A stretch of DNA of 58,603 nucleotides, from the NCBI GenBank assembly GCA_036501265.1, contig DASYAP010000172.1, positions 1-58,603 on the forward strand, written 5' to 3'. The DNA comes from Solirubrobacteraceae bacterium (GTDB taxonomy: Bacteria; Actinomycetota; Thermoleophilia; Solirubrobacterales; Solirubrobacteraceae). The first letter of the stretch is position 1; each line of letters opens with the position of its first letter. The position numbers and the translations under genes were made by a program. Positions 19,619-29,141 of this stretch are shown one piece after another. Below the pieces are notes generated by a model. That model saw only the letters and a program-made list of their open reading frames with translations, was not told the DNA's origin and ran no database searches.

Positions 19619-20423
19619 CCCGATCCTCACCGACCGCGACCTTGCGATCCTTGACCGGCTGGCTGAGCACGAGCCGCTCACCACCGGCGAGCTTCGCGTT
19701 CTCTTCTTCAGGGGGCTGCGTACATGCCAGTCACGACTCAAGCTGCTCGAGAGCACTCGCGTGCTCTGCCGCGTCTATCCCGCTCGCTCAAGCCGGGGTG
19801 GCAAGAGCGAACCGCTCTGGTTTCTCACCCCGCACGGGCGACGCACGATCGCTGCGCCCGCGCGCCGGCCGCCCGGGTTGTCGATCCCGGACCTCGAACA
19901 CCGTCGCGCGGTCGCCCGCTTCTTTCTCACGCTCATCGAGCGCAACCTCCAACGCGAGGGGGAAGGCCTCTACACCTGGTACGGGGAGACACGCGCTGCC
20001 GCCGGTGTCGGCGGCGGACCGCTGCGGCCTGACGGCTATGGCCGCTACCTGCTCCCCGACGGCGAGCTGACCTTCTATCTCGAACTCGACCGCGGCACCG
20101 AACCCGCCCGCCGCGTAGCCGCCAAACTCACCGCCTACCAACGCGCACTCGCCAACGACCCCGAACTCGACCACGCCAACATACTGCTCGTCTGTCACTC
20201 GAAGCGGCGGCTCGCGAACCTCGCCACCCACGCCCCCGAAGGGCCGCCCTGGATGTGGGGCAGCGGCGACGGCGACACCTACGAGCTGCTCCCCGACCGC
20301 GACCAAGAAAGGCCCTTCCCAGAATTGCCGCTGCGTCCCCGCGACCCGAGCCGCCGCGTCGCCGACTGCCTCGGCCGCCAATGGCGGAACTCTCGAACCG
20401 TTGCGATCAGGGAGGCAGCATGA
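19602..20423 (+). CDS. Replication-relaxation (Replic_Relax) family protein (copy A)
   Basis: LTDRDLAIL..L.EH..LT, LEHRRAV, LRPDGY, FYLELDRGTE. Confidence 0.85.
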   Translation: MRPLPSPILTDRDLAILDRLAEHEPLTTGELRVLFFRGLRTCQSRLKLLESTRVLCRVYPARSSRGGKSEPLWFLTPHGRRTIAAPARRPPGLSIPDLEHRRAVARFFLTLIERNLQREGEGLYTWYGETRAAAGVGGGPLRPDGYGRYLLPDGELTFYLELDRGTEPARRVAAKLTAYQRALANDPELDHANILLVCHSKRRLANLATHAPEGPPWMWGSGDGDTYELLPDRDQERPFPELPLRPRDPSRRVADCLGRQWRNSRTVAIREAA

Positions 20424-20890
20424 GCAGCCGATCGCGGCGGCGCCTGCACGCCGTCCCAGACCCGCCCGGCTTGCCCGCTGAAGCGAACGCGGGCGACGTC
20501 GCCGCACCACGCAGCCCTCGCAAGCAAGCCGCGACTCCTGCGGCACGTCGCCTCCCCTCGCGGCTGAACAAATCACTCGCACCTCCCGCACGTGCGACAT
20601 CGGTCGCCCCAGAACGCCTACTGGCGCCTCACAGAGGTACCCCCCGGAAAAAGGGATCAGTCCGGCTTACGGCGGTAGAGACTGAGCCGACCCGGCCGAC
20701 GGGCGCCCGCCGGCTGTCAGGTCAGCCTGCTGGCGGCCGGGAGGCGCGCCGCTCTGGTAGAGCTGGAGCGGGCCGGAAAGAGCTATCACTGGAGCATGAA
20801 GCCTTCGTCGAATGGTTTGTCGAGTACTGGTGCCGCCGCTGCGCGCGTCGCCTCGCTGAGCGAGCACCGGACGAGGAAGAAGCTGCGTAA
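20420..20890 (+). CDS. Small conserved ORF upstream of the recombinase (copy A)
   Basis: ATGA overlap; C-terminal LSLEHEAFVEWFVEYW...DEEEAA conserved in copy B. Confidence 0.6.
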   Translation: MSSRSRRRLHAVPDPPGLPAEANAGDVAAPRSPRKQAATPAARRLPSRLNKSLAPPARATSVAPERLLAPHRGTPRKKGSVRLTAVETEPTRPTGARRLSGQPAGGREARRSGRAGAGRKELSLEHEAFVEWFVEYWCRRCARRLAERAPDEEEAA

Positions 20891-22376
20891 CCAGGCTGAT
20901 GCGCTGCCGCGGCGGGCGGTCGCCTACGTGCGCGAATCGACCGAGGAGCAAGGCAAGGGCTACTCGCCGGACGGGCAGCGGCAGGCAATCGCCCGCTACG
21001 CATCCGAGCACGGCCTCGAGCTGCTCGATGAGTACCTCGACTTCGAGAGTGGCCGTGCCGCCGGCACCCGCCCCGGCTTTCAGCGGTTGGTCGAGGATGC
21101 GATGGCGGACCGGTTCGACTGCGTGCTCGTCTACCACTCCTCGCGCTTCGCGCGAAACACGATCGAGGCGAAGCAGTACAAGCGGCTGCTGCGACGCGAG
21201 CTGGGGATCGACGTTATCTCGGTGACCCAGCCGCTCGGCGGCGACGCCGACGACCCGGCCGCGTTCCTGACCGAGTCGGTGCACGAGATCTTCGACGAGT
21301 ATTACTCGGTCTCGCTCTCCTTCTGGGTCAAGATGGGCCTCAAAGAGAAGGCCCGGCAAGGACTCCTCACCGGCAGCCTGCCCTGGGGTTACTGCAAAGG
21401 TGCCGACGGCGTCGCCGAACCCGATGAGGTGCTGGCGCCGTTCGTCCGCCGCATGTTCGAGCTATACGCCTCCGGCCGCCACACCCATCGCACCATCGCC
21501 GAGTGGCTCAACAGTGAAGGTCAGCGCACGGCGAAGGGACGGCTGTTCGGTGCCGACTCCGTGCGGGAGATGCTCTGCAACGCCTCCTACTGCGGCTACG
21601 TGTCCGGGCGACGCGATCGCAGCAAACAGATCCGTGGCCTGCACCAGCCGCTCGTCGACGAGGAACTCTTCGACCGCGTCCAGCAACTCCGCCGCACCCG
21701 CGCGCGCACCCTCAACCCCGGGCGCCCTTCGACCCGCTACCTACTCCGCGGCCTCGCACACTGCGACCGCTGCCAGGCGCGCATGCAAGGGACCGCAACG
21801 GGACGGAAGCTGGAGGCTCGCTACTTCTGCGCTGGCCGCCGCGCGAGCCAGGGCTGCGACCAGCCCTCCGCCCGCGCCGCCCTCATCGAGGAACAACTCG
21901 TCGAGTTCGTCGCCGACTTCAAGCCCGAACCGTTCCTGCGCGACGAGATCCTCCACCGCCTCGCCGCAGGCAACGGCTCCGAGACAAGACAAACGGCGCG
22001 GAAGCGGGCTGGACTCGAGGAACGCCTGCGCCGCCTACGCGATCTTTACGAACTCGGCGACCTCGACCGCAGCGATTACGTCGCCCGCCGCCAAGAGATC
22101 CAGACCCACCTCGCGGAACTCGCACCCGAACCGCTCCCCGACCTCGACGAGGCCGAACAAGTCCTCAACGACTTCTCCCTCTTCTGGCGCGACCAATCCG
22201 ACCCGGAAGCAAAACGGCACATGCTTCAACTCGTCTTCGAACGCGTCTGGCTGGACGACGGCCACATCGTCGCCGTCCGTCCCAAAGACGCCTTCGCACC
22301 CTTCTTCCAGAAGCGGGCGAAGATGAGGTGTAAAGAGCGGGAGCGACGGGACTCGAACCCGCGACCTCCGGCGTGA
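20796..22376 (+). CDS. Large serine recombinase (copy A)
   Basis: AYVRESTEEQ, DFESG, RPGFQ, SRFARN, Zn ribbon CDRC..YFC..GC, coiled coil; true start may be CTG 20883; 3' end runs through att into the tRNA fragment. Confidence 0.95.
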   Translation: MKPSSNGLSSTGAAAARVASLSEHRTRKKLRNQADALPRRAVAYVRESTEEQGKGYSPDGQRQAIARYASEHGLELLDEYLDFESGRAAGTRPGFQRLVEDAMADRFDCVLVYHSSRFARNTIEAKQYKRLLRRELGIDVISVTQPLGGDADDPAAFLTESVHEIFDEYYSVSLSFWVKMGLKEKARQGLLTGSLPWGYCKGADGVAEPDEVLAPFVRRMFELYASGRHTHRTIAEWLNSEGQRTAKGRLFGADSVREMLCNASYCGYVSGRRDRSKQIRGLHQPLVDEELFDRVQQLRRTRARTLNPGRPSTRYLLRGLAHCDRCQARMQGTATGRKLEARYFCAGRRASQGCDQPSARAALIEEQLVEFVADFKPEPFLRDEILHRLAAGNGSETRQTARKRAGLEERLRRLRDLYELGDLDRSDYVARRQEIQTHLAELAPEPLPDLDEAEQVLNDFSLFWRDQSDPEAKRHMLQLVFERVWLDDGHIVAVRPKDAFAPFFQKRAKMRCKERERRDSNPRPPA

Positions 22377-22380
22377 CAGG
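22338..22380 (-). repeat. 43-bp displaced 3' half of tRNA-Asp (right junction of A, distal att of C)
   Basis: Identical to 56988-57030; identity stops just past the anticodon loop. Confidence 0.9.
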
Positions 22381-22684
22381 TGAGACGACGCGTTGCAGGT
22401 GGTTTCCGCTAACCGCCTAGCCTGTCACAGCCATGCGGGTTCGTCGCTTGTCTCCGTTGCCTCGGAAGGCTCGCATCTTTCGCCCGGTTGCACCCCGTCG
22501 TTTCCACGGGCTTTCCAGTCCCGACCGCCGCCAGGAGGCGTCGGTGGTCTATTCGGTTAGTCGTGCGCGCGTGAATATCACAGTCGTGAGAGAAGCGTCC
22601 CCGCGCGTAAGTCACGAGCGGGGACGCTGGTCTAACGGCGCTGCCGCAAGAGTGGGTCTTCCCCTTCCCATGCCGGGGTGCCAG

Positions 22685-23044
22685 CTAGTTGTGCCAGGTG
22701 CCTCCGCCAGAACCGATATACCACGCCTGGCCGGTTCGGGTCGGGCGGATGTTTGTGTACGTGCCGGAGCTCTCCCAGGCTGCGTTGCACTGCACGGTGA
22801 CAGTCAGGAAGTTCGTCTGGTTCAGGTACACGGGAACCCACACGATGTCGTCACCAGCATCCCCGCCGGTGGCGCCGTTCGTCTGGTTGAAGTAGTAGAC
22901 GGCGTGGACGCCGCTCGAGGGGCACCACCCCCACCAGTGAGGAGTGATGACGTACACGCCGCCAGCGCTCGCCGACGCGGCCCCCGCGAGGCTGCCGGCC
23001 GCGACGACCAGTGCGGCGATGAGGATCGAGAGCTTGTACTTCAC
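22685..23044 (-). CDS. Small secreted Trp/Gly/Asn-rich protein with 2 Cys
   Basis: SD ggggagg; signal peptide ending ASA; downstream of the response regulator. Confidence 0.75.
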   Translation of the reverse strand: MKYKLSILIAALVVAAGSLAGAASASAGGVYVITPHWWGWCPSSGVHAVYYFNQTNGATGGDAGDDIVWVPVYLNQTNFLTVTVQCNAAWESSGTYTNIRPTRTGQAWYIGSGGGTWHN

Positions 23045-23164
23045 GATCGACCTCCCCTGATTGCATTCCCCGCTGCTGCGGGGTTCGTAGAACCACCTTC
23101 GAGCAATCGAGAAGGGGCCGCATCGCCTGAACTTCCCGTCTTCGGGGGCACTAGCGGGCTATTT

Positions 23165-23851
23165 TCACTGGCCCGGATTGTCCGGCAGCAGCCCACGCTG
23201 GAAGGCGACGCTGACGGCGGCTTGGCGATTCTTGACCCCGAGTCGCCGGTAAAGCGAGTCGAGGTGATGCTTGACCGTATTCTCAGAAAGAAAGATGCGT
23301 TGGGCGATCTGCTTGTTCTTCAGCCCCTCGGCAAGCAGGCCGAGAACTTCGCGCTCGCGTTCGGTGAGGCCAAGCTCACGCGCTGGCGTCAACGTCTCTC
23401 TCTTGTTCTTGTAATCGGTCGCCACCGGCGCGAGATCGTCGCGCGCAGCGACCATGCGGCCCGCCGCAGCGTCCCGGATGATGCCGTGGAAGTCCGAAGG
23501 GTCGGCTAGCTTGCCTTTGACGAGGTAGCCCGCCATGCCCTCGGCGAACGCCGCCTTCTTGTTCGCAGCCTCGTCGGAGACGGTCAAGATAATGACTGCA
23601 GTCGATGGTGATCGCTCGTGGATGCGCCGCATCAGTTCAATGCCGTCGATGTCGTCCTTTAGACCGAGATCGACGAAGACGACCTGCGGATGCCACCGCA
23701 AGACCATGTCGAGCGCCCGTTCCGCGTTCTCCGCGTGACCGATCCACTCGATGTCATCAGCGAGCGAGATCACGAGCTTCACCGTGTTCGGGTAGAACGG
23801 CTCGTCATCGACGACGACGACCCGAATGCGCTCCTTCTCTTCAGGCATCAA
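23165..23851 (-). CDS. NarL/LuxR-family response regulator
   Basis: VVVVDD, VFVDL, GYLVK; LTEREREVLGLLAEGLKNKQIAQRIFLSENTVKHH. Confidence 0.9.
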   Translation of the reverse strand: MMPEEKERIRVVVVDDEPFYPNTVKLVISLADDIEWIGHAENAERALDMVLRWHPQVVFVDLGLKDDIDGIELMRRIHERSPSTAVIILTVSDEAANKKAAFAEGMAGYLVKGKLADPSDFHGIIRDAAAGRMVAARDDLAPVATDYKNKRETLTPARELGLTEREREVLGLLAEGLKNKQIAQRIFLSENTVKHHLDSLYRRLGVKNRQAAVSVAFQRGLLPDNPGQ

Positions 23852-25883
23852 GCACCATCCTTACCACGGTTCCCGTCTCACCCGAAGTCACCTGTACCGA
23901 GGCATCCGCCTGGCGGGCATAGTCGTGCAAGCGCCAGAGTTTCCCTGCTTGTTGGACCTCTTGCACCGGAAAGCCGTTGCCGTGATCGACGACGAGGAAC
24001 TCCACCTCGCTTCGGTGCGTTCGGACCGAGATATCAATCGGAGGTCCGGAGTGTTTCCATGCGTTGGCGAGAGCTTCGGCGAGCGCGCGAGCGACTAACC
24101 GTCCGGTAACAGCCGGGAGCTGGCGCTCGAAGAGCGCAGGCATGACGCGTGCCTGGCCGCCGATAGCTCCGAGCCGGATGACGGCCGCCTCCATCGTCTG
24201 TGTCAGCGACCACAATCTCGCCGCGTTCTGAGAACCCGATTCACCAACGCGCTCGCCAACCCCCTGTACAGCCCGTTCAAGTTCGACGAGTTGAGCGCGC
24301 GTGAGCGTAAGTTCATCATCATCATCATCATCACCGCCGACCTCACCGAGATGCGCCCGCAAAGAGCTGACGACATGCGTCACCGCGTCAACTATCGCCG
24401 GTTGAGCAGTGTGTAGCGCCTTGTCGATGGCTTCTTCCGTTCGAAGGGCCTGGAGCCTTGCGACATCGTCGCGGACGCGAGTCGCCGCGGTTCGCAGCTG
24501 ATCGAAGAGGAAACGGACGTATACGGCTGGAAGCACTAGGCCTGCGAATCCCGCCGTCGCGGCGAACATCCCGGACTTGTTGGGCAATGCGTCCCAGCCA
24601 AGCGCGCGCGCGAAATACCACGAGCCGCCCGTCGCGACGGCCGAGCAGATGGTCAGGCTCGTTGCTTCTGTGATCGTTCCGACCGCTGTTGCCGCGACCG
24701 GTGCAGTCGCCCCGATCATCCAGAAACCGTTGCCGCTCGGTGCCGTCGCCACAAACAACAGCAACACGGCGACGGCCTCCTCAGTGAGGAGTAGCCACGG
24801 ATGCCGCCAGAGCAGCGCGTACAGCTTTCCGACACGCCACCAGTAGCTCGTAACGCCTACCCAGACGCTGAGTCCCAACCACATAAGGGAGTCTGATACG
24901 AACCGTCGCCCCGCGTCGATCAGGAAGACGCCAATCAGAAGAACGAAGAACCCACGTGCGATCAGGATCGCGCGAAAGTAGTCGCGCTCCTGTCGGTCAG
25001 CGCGCTCAAGAAGAGCATTCCCCTCATTCTCGGGTGTCGTGTGGCGTCTCGCCGCCAGCTGATATGGCCGCAGCGACGCGCGGACTTCCATCGAGCCACG
25101 CTGAGCGATCTCGGCCGCATCGCGAAGCGCGCGCTGATCGTGTGGCACCGGACTCATCACGGCTAGCGCGTTCAGGCGCATTGGTAGCGAGTCGAGCATC
25201 TGTTGGACGCTGTCGTGGAACTCTTCGTCGACCAGACGGTTCGCTTCTCTTTCGGCGTGCTCCCGTCTCGCTTGCTCAGAGGCGAGCTCCTCGGCTGCGG
25301 TGGCCTTCCGCCGACTCGCATCCGCGAACTGATCGAGAAGCCTACGGATGTAGGAGACGAGCACCGCGGCAGCGAAGAACAGCGGCGGAGCGCCGCCCCA
25401 GTCTTGAACCGTGGTATGTCCTGCCGGGCCGCGCCCGTCATCGAGGTGGAAGCCGCCAATGGCGGCAATCACAACACTCGATATGACACCTGCGTAGATG
25501 AGGGCGAGGCGGCTGCCTACGAAAGCGGCAGCGAATACGGTTGGACCTGCCAGGGTGTAGTAGAAGGTTCCGCGCCACGTGCCGACGGCAAGGAAGATCG
25601 CGATGCAGGCGCCCTGTTCAATCGAGAGCAGAAGTGCGGGTCGCCTCCTCAGGAGCATGAAGCGCCCCCACATGGCGAGGCTCGTCGCGAGTTCCCAGGC
25701 GACGAAACCGGTAGTGGCGGTGACTGCAGTGCGACTGCCCCCTTGGCTCGCAATCCAGGCGAGGAGTGCTGCCGGAACGACGACGCGCTCGACGAGCAGG
25801 ACGCGGAAGAGATTGCGCTCCTGGACGAGAAGGCGGCTGATCAGCCCGCCGAGCGGAGAGCGTCGGTCAGTCGTTTCTGGCAC
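23841..25883 (-). CDS. Membrane sensor histidine kinase with duplicated multi-TM sensor modules
   Basis: EEFHDSVQQML H-box; EALANAWKH and DHGNGF HATPase motifs; TACGAT 6 nt before GTG 25883. Confidence 0.8.
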   Translation of the reverse strand: MPETTDRRSPLGGLISRLLVQERNLFRVLLVERVVVPAALLAWIASQGGSRTAVTATTGFVAWELATSLAMWGRFMLLRRRPALLLSIEQGACIAIFLAVGTWRGTFYYTLAGPTVFAAAFVGSRLALIYAGVISSVVIAAIGGFHLDDGRGPAGHTTVQDWGGAPPLFFAAAVLVSYIRRLLDQFADASRRKATAAEELASEQARREHAEREANRLVDEEFHDSVQQMLDSLPMRLNALAVMSPVPHDQRALRDAAEIAQRGSMEVRASLRPYQLAARRHTTPENEGNALLERADRQERDYFRAILIARGFFVLLIGVFLIDAGRRFVSDSLMWLGLSVWVGVTSYWWRVGKLYALLWRHPWLLLTEEAVAVLLLFVATAPSGNGFWMIGATAPVAATAVGTITEATSLTICSAVATGGSWYFARALGWDALPNKSGMFAATAGFAGLVLPAVYVRFLFDQLRTAATRVRDDVARLQALRTEEAIDKALHTAQPAIVDAVTHVVSSLRAHLGEVGGDDDDDDELTLTRAQLVELERAVQGVGERVGESGSQNAARLWSLTQTMEAAVIRLGAIGGQARVMPALFERQLPAVTGRLVARALAEALANAWKHSGPPIDISVRTHRSEVEFLVVDHGNGFPVQEVQQAGKLWRLHDYARQADASVQVTSGETGTVVRMVLDA

Positions 25884-25992
25884 GGCAGGATCGTAGGGTG
25901 CCGTCTGTATCCGATCTAGGGCCGTTTGGGCTATCCGAAGTAGCCCGTTCGTCAGAGTCCGCGGCGATCGAGCTTCGACAGTAGCGAGGCGC

Positions 25993-26169
25993 CTAGGCGG
26001 GTCTGCCGCGTTCTCGCTCCCGCAGCTTCGCCGCGACGAAAACGGAGATGGCAGCAATGACGATGACGAGTGCTCTCAGCATCCAGATTGAAAGCCTGAC
26101 CATCAGAACCAAAGCGATGACCATGAGCTTAATGCTCCACTCGATCATCTCGAAGGCAAGCCCGATCAT
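25993..26169 (-). CDS. 58-aa hydrophobic membrane peptide coupled to hxsC
   Basis: ATGA overlap with the hxsC stop; MIGLAFEMIEWSIKLMVIALVLMVRLSIWMLRALVIVIAAISVFVAAKLRERERGRPA. Confidence 0.6.
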   Translation of the reverse strand: MIGLAFEMIEWSIKLMVIALVLMVRLSIWMLRALVIVIAAISVFVAAKLRERERGRPA

Positions 26170-27365
26170 CGTCCGGCCAGTTCGAGGAGCGGCAGCGCGT
26201 GCATCGCATCTCCTCTGGGATCAATCGCCTTGATGTGGTCGCTGTGGCGGTACTTGGCCGAGTAGAAGAAGCCGCTGCAGTCGTGTGCGACGCTGCAGCG
26301 CAGGCATTCGGGGTGGTATTCGTTCTTCCAGTCGCTGATTGAGCGGACTGCGTATGGCCACACTTCGCGGTCGATGAGGCAGAGTGGGTGGTTGTAGACG
26401 AGTGCGCGCAAGCCTTTGCGGTCGAGCAGGGTCACCGCCTCTGTGAGCTCGTTGCGGTAGTCGATCGGGTCGATCCAGATGTCGTTGATGTTGGCGCGTG
26501 CGAACCCGATCATTTCGAGGCCCATGAGCGCGACCTGTTCGACGAAGGGCAGGTTGCGGCTGATGAACTCGGCGATCTCGACGAGGTGGGGTGCTGTCTG
26601 TTTGTGGACGACGACGCGGATCTCGATTCGTTGTTGGAGTCGTCCTAGGTTGAGGATGCCGGCGACGGTATGGTCGAAGGCGCCTTGTGATTGGACGACG
26701 TAGTCGTGAAGGGCTGGTTCGGGGCCGTATATCGGAATGCCGACCATCTGGTTGGGGTTGTCGATGCCGGCCCAGTCGAGTGCGAAGTCGAGGTTGCTGA
26801 AGCGGCGGCCGTTCGAGAGGACGTGGACTGCGGAGTGGGGTATTAGGTTGCGGCACAGGCGCAGGAGTTTGATCAGGGAGTCGCCGTAGAGTGTTGGCTC
26901 GCCGCCGGTGAAGCCGATCTCCCGTGTCGTTTGTGGCAGGAGCCGCACGAGCTCGAAGGCGTTGTCCAGTAGGTGGTCGTCGTCGACGTTCTTTGGCGGC
27001 TGAGAGCACATCAAGCAGTAGTGGTCGCAGCGTTCGGTGAGAAGCACGCTGTTCTGGAGACTCTCGTGACGCCAGAGCACGTTGACGCGCTCGCCCTTCG
27101 AGTCGAAGCCGAGGATGTCGCCGGCTGTGAGGTAATCGAAGCGTTCTGGGAGCTGGATAAAGCTGCGGCCGCCGTTCAGCGTCCGGCCGTGGTGGGTGAC
27201 GTAGAGGTCGCACTCCGGAAGCTCGTCTTCGGGTTCGTCGCCGACGAGGTATGCGCGGGCGTGGCGGTGGGAGGTCGCGGTCTCGCGGTCGATGAGAAGC
27301 CAGACCGCCCGCTCGAGCGGCGCGGCGAGTTCGACCTGGCTGGCTCGGCCCCAGAGGGCGATCAT
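26166..27365 (-). CDS. hxsC: His-Xaa-Ser system radical SAM maturase HxsC
   Basis: LLTERCDHYCLMCSQPP; GFTGGEPT; SISDWKNEY. Confidence 0.92.
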   Translation of the reverse strand: MIALWGRASQVELAAPLERAVWLLIDRETATSHRHARAYLVGDEPEDELPECDLYVTHHGRTLNGGRSFIQLPERFDYLTAGDILGFDSKGERVNVLWRHESLQNSVLLTERCDHYCLMCSQPPKNVDDDHLLDNAFELVRLLPQTTREIGFTGGEPTLYGDSLIKLLRLCRNLIPHSAVHVLSNGRRFSNLDFALDWAGIDNPNQMVGIPIYGPEPALHDYVVQSQGAFDHTVAGILNLGRLQQRIEIRVVVHKQTAPHLVEIAEFISRNLPFVEQVALMGLEMIGFARANINDIWIDPIDYRNELTEAVTLLDRKGLRALVYNHPLCLIDREVWPYAVRSISDWKNEYHPECLRCSVAHDCSGFFYSAKYRHSDHIKAIDPRGDAMHALPLLELAGR

Positions 27366-28819
27366 CGCCCGGCCCAGCCGAGGAAGATTTCGCGGGCGAA
27401 CGGGTCCGACTCGTAGCGCTCGAGCAGGAGCTTGAAGATGTGCATGTTCCGCCGGCAGAAGGACGAAACCGGCTTGCGGCCGAGATAGTCACCGCTTGTC
27501 GCTTGGTGGTAAACGGGGTCAGCGCCGCAGTAGGGCTCGAAGGCGCACTCGTTGCACATCGGGGCGCTCAGGGTGAACGACTGCTCAAGCGGCTCGAGGA
27601 GTGCCGGTGAGAGGATCAGCTCCTCCCAGGAGTTCTCGTGCAGGTTGCCGAGCAGGAAGGTCGTGTCCCGCATCTCGGCCAGCATCCGACCCTCGTCGGA
27701 GGCATAAACGTCGCCGTCGTAGTTGTAGACGAGCGCCCCGATCCCGATCCCGGATGGCGAGGTCAGATCGACGTAGCCGGGGTCGTCGTTGGTGAGCATC
27801 TTCTTGAGGATGATGGCGGCGAAGATTTCGGTGACATCCAGGCCACGCCGATTCAGCTCAAGGATGTACTCCAGGCCTTCCTCGTAAAAGGCAAGCCAAC
27901 GGTCGGCATCGTAGGCAGCGAAGCTCTTCGTCTTGATCGCGAAGCCATACGGCGATAGCGGACGTAGAAAGATCTCGCGCAATCCTTGCTCGAGGTAGCA
28001 GTCGACGATGTCGGTCACGCGGTCGAGGCTGCGCTCCGTCGTCGTCATCAGCGCCGAGACGCGGTCCGCGCCGAGCGTCTCGCGCACGCGCCGGATACCG
28101 GCGACCGCACGCTCCCAACTGTCGTTTCCCGGCCGGGGACGGTTTCGGTTGTGCAAGTCGGCGGGGCCGTCGAGAGAGGTGGAGAGGTAGATGTCGTTCT
28201 CGCCGCAGAAATCGAGAACCTCATCGTCGAGCAAAGCGAGATTGGTGGCGATGACGAATCCGAGGTTGCGGCCCTCCTCCAGGTTCCGCAGCTTCGCCTC
28301 GGCCACGATGTCTTTGATCAGCTGAAAGTTGAGCAGAGGTTCGCCACCCTGGAACTCAATCTTGATCTGCGACGAAGGGGAGCGGAAGACAGCGTCGAGT
28401 GCGCGTCGCGCCGTCTCTTCGGACATATCGAAGCTGGCCTTGTCCTCGCTTTGCCGAGAGACCTGGCAGTACGGGCACGAGTGCTCACAGCGAAGCGAGA
28501 CGACGAAGATGTGCAGGCCGGTGAACATCGGCAGCCGCCGGTAGCGCGTTCGTGTCTTCAAGGCGAGCAGATCGAGTGGGAGCTGCTCGTTCGGCTGTCT
28601 GATCACATGCTTCGCCCTGAGGCGGCGAACCAGCGGTGAGTCGTTCGGCAGCCGCCGGCCCATGAAGTCATCGAACTCGCGGCCGGTGAGGAAGAGATGC
28701 TCGCCAACCATGTTCGTGACCAGCACCCGTTCCGGGCTGAAGCGCTCGAACCGGAACGGCAGCAGCTCCCACTCGTCGGAGGCGGCGCTGAACGCCTCGG
28801 CGAGCCGGAACTTACTCAC
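27362..28819 (-). CDS. hxsB: His-Xaa-Ser system radical SAM/SPASM maturase HxsB
   Basis: LLPFRF; LRCEHSCPYCQVSR; EFQGGEPLL; YASDEGRML; C-terminal Cys cluster. Confidence 0.92.
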   Translation of the reverse strand: MSKFRLAEAFSAASDEWELLPFRFERFSPERVLVTNMVGEHLFLTGREFDDFMGRRLPNDSPLVRRLRAKHVIRQPNEQLPLDLLALKTRTRYRRLPMFTGLHIFVVSLRCEHSCPYCQVSRQSEDKASFDMSEETARRALDAVFRSPSSQIKIEFQGGEPLLNFQLIKDIVAEAKLRNLEEGRNLGFVIATNLALLDDEVLDFCGENDIYLSTSLDGPADLHNRNRPRPGNDSWERAVAGIRRVRETLGADRVSALMTTTERSLDRVTDIVDCYLEQGLREIFLRPLSPYGFAIKTKSFAAYDADRWLAFYEEGLEYILELNRRGLDVTEIFAAIILKKMLTNDDPGYVDLTSPSGIGIGALVYNYDGDVYASDEGRMLAEMRDTTFLLGNLHENSWEELILSPALLEPLEQSFTLSAPMCNECAFEPYCGADPVYHQATSGDYLGRKPVSSFCRRNMHIFKLLLERYESDPFAREIFLGWAGR

Positions 28820-29114
28820 TGGGCTCGGTCAGACCAGTATTCGAGAAGGCGAGCGCGAGGATGACGTTCCGTACGCCCTCGGTCTCGGATCGGATCCGCT
28901 CCCGCAGGGTCTGGTCGAGCACCTCGTTGCGGAAGTCGGCGAGCACGTCGTTTGCCTGGTCGGCGAGATCGTCCTTCAACCGCAGTGTGCAGACGTAGTT
29001 CCCGTTGACGCGTTGTAGGTCAAGGGAGAGGCGATCGGAGAAGCGGTAGGCGGCGCGCTGGATTGCGTCAGCCGAGTAGGCCGTTGCGTCGAAGCTGACG
29101 TCGCGCTCGATCAC
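28812..29114 (-). CDS. hxsD: His-Xaa-Ser system protein HxsD
   Basis: YSADAIQRAAYRF...FRNEVLDQTLRERIRSETEGVRNVILALAFS. Confidence 0.88.
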   Translation of the reverse strand: MIERDVSFDATAYSADAIQRAAYRFSDRLSLDLQRVNGNYVCTLRLKDDLADQANDVLADFRNEVLDQTLRERIRSETEGVRNVILALAFSNTGLTEPSE

Positions 29115-29141
29115 TTCGCCTACCGCAGGCCGATCAGGCGG

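Larger units (their letters stand above)
384..22350. mobile_element. Element A: serine-recombinase integrative (probably mobilisable) element, ~22 kb
   Basis: Bounded by a 13-bp direct core with inverted arms; LSR, VirD4-like and Replic_Relax genes at the right end. Confidence 0.85.

Noticed and set aside
15939-22376. Self-transmissible ICE or prophage
   Set aside because: No VirB4/mating-pair or virion genes are seen.
22338-22380. Second functional tRNA
   Set aside because: Only the 3' half is present; the D-arm and 5' acceptor strand are missing.
24313-24333. (cat)n microsatellite
   Set aside because: Encodes a poly-Asp linker in the kinase; in-frame, so not a phase-variation switch.
26014-26023. 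Inverted 10-bp match to the att core (tcgctcccgc)
   Set aside because: Short, GC-rich, lies within a coding sequence and lacks arms.
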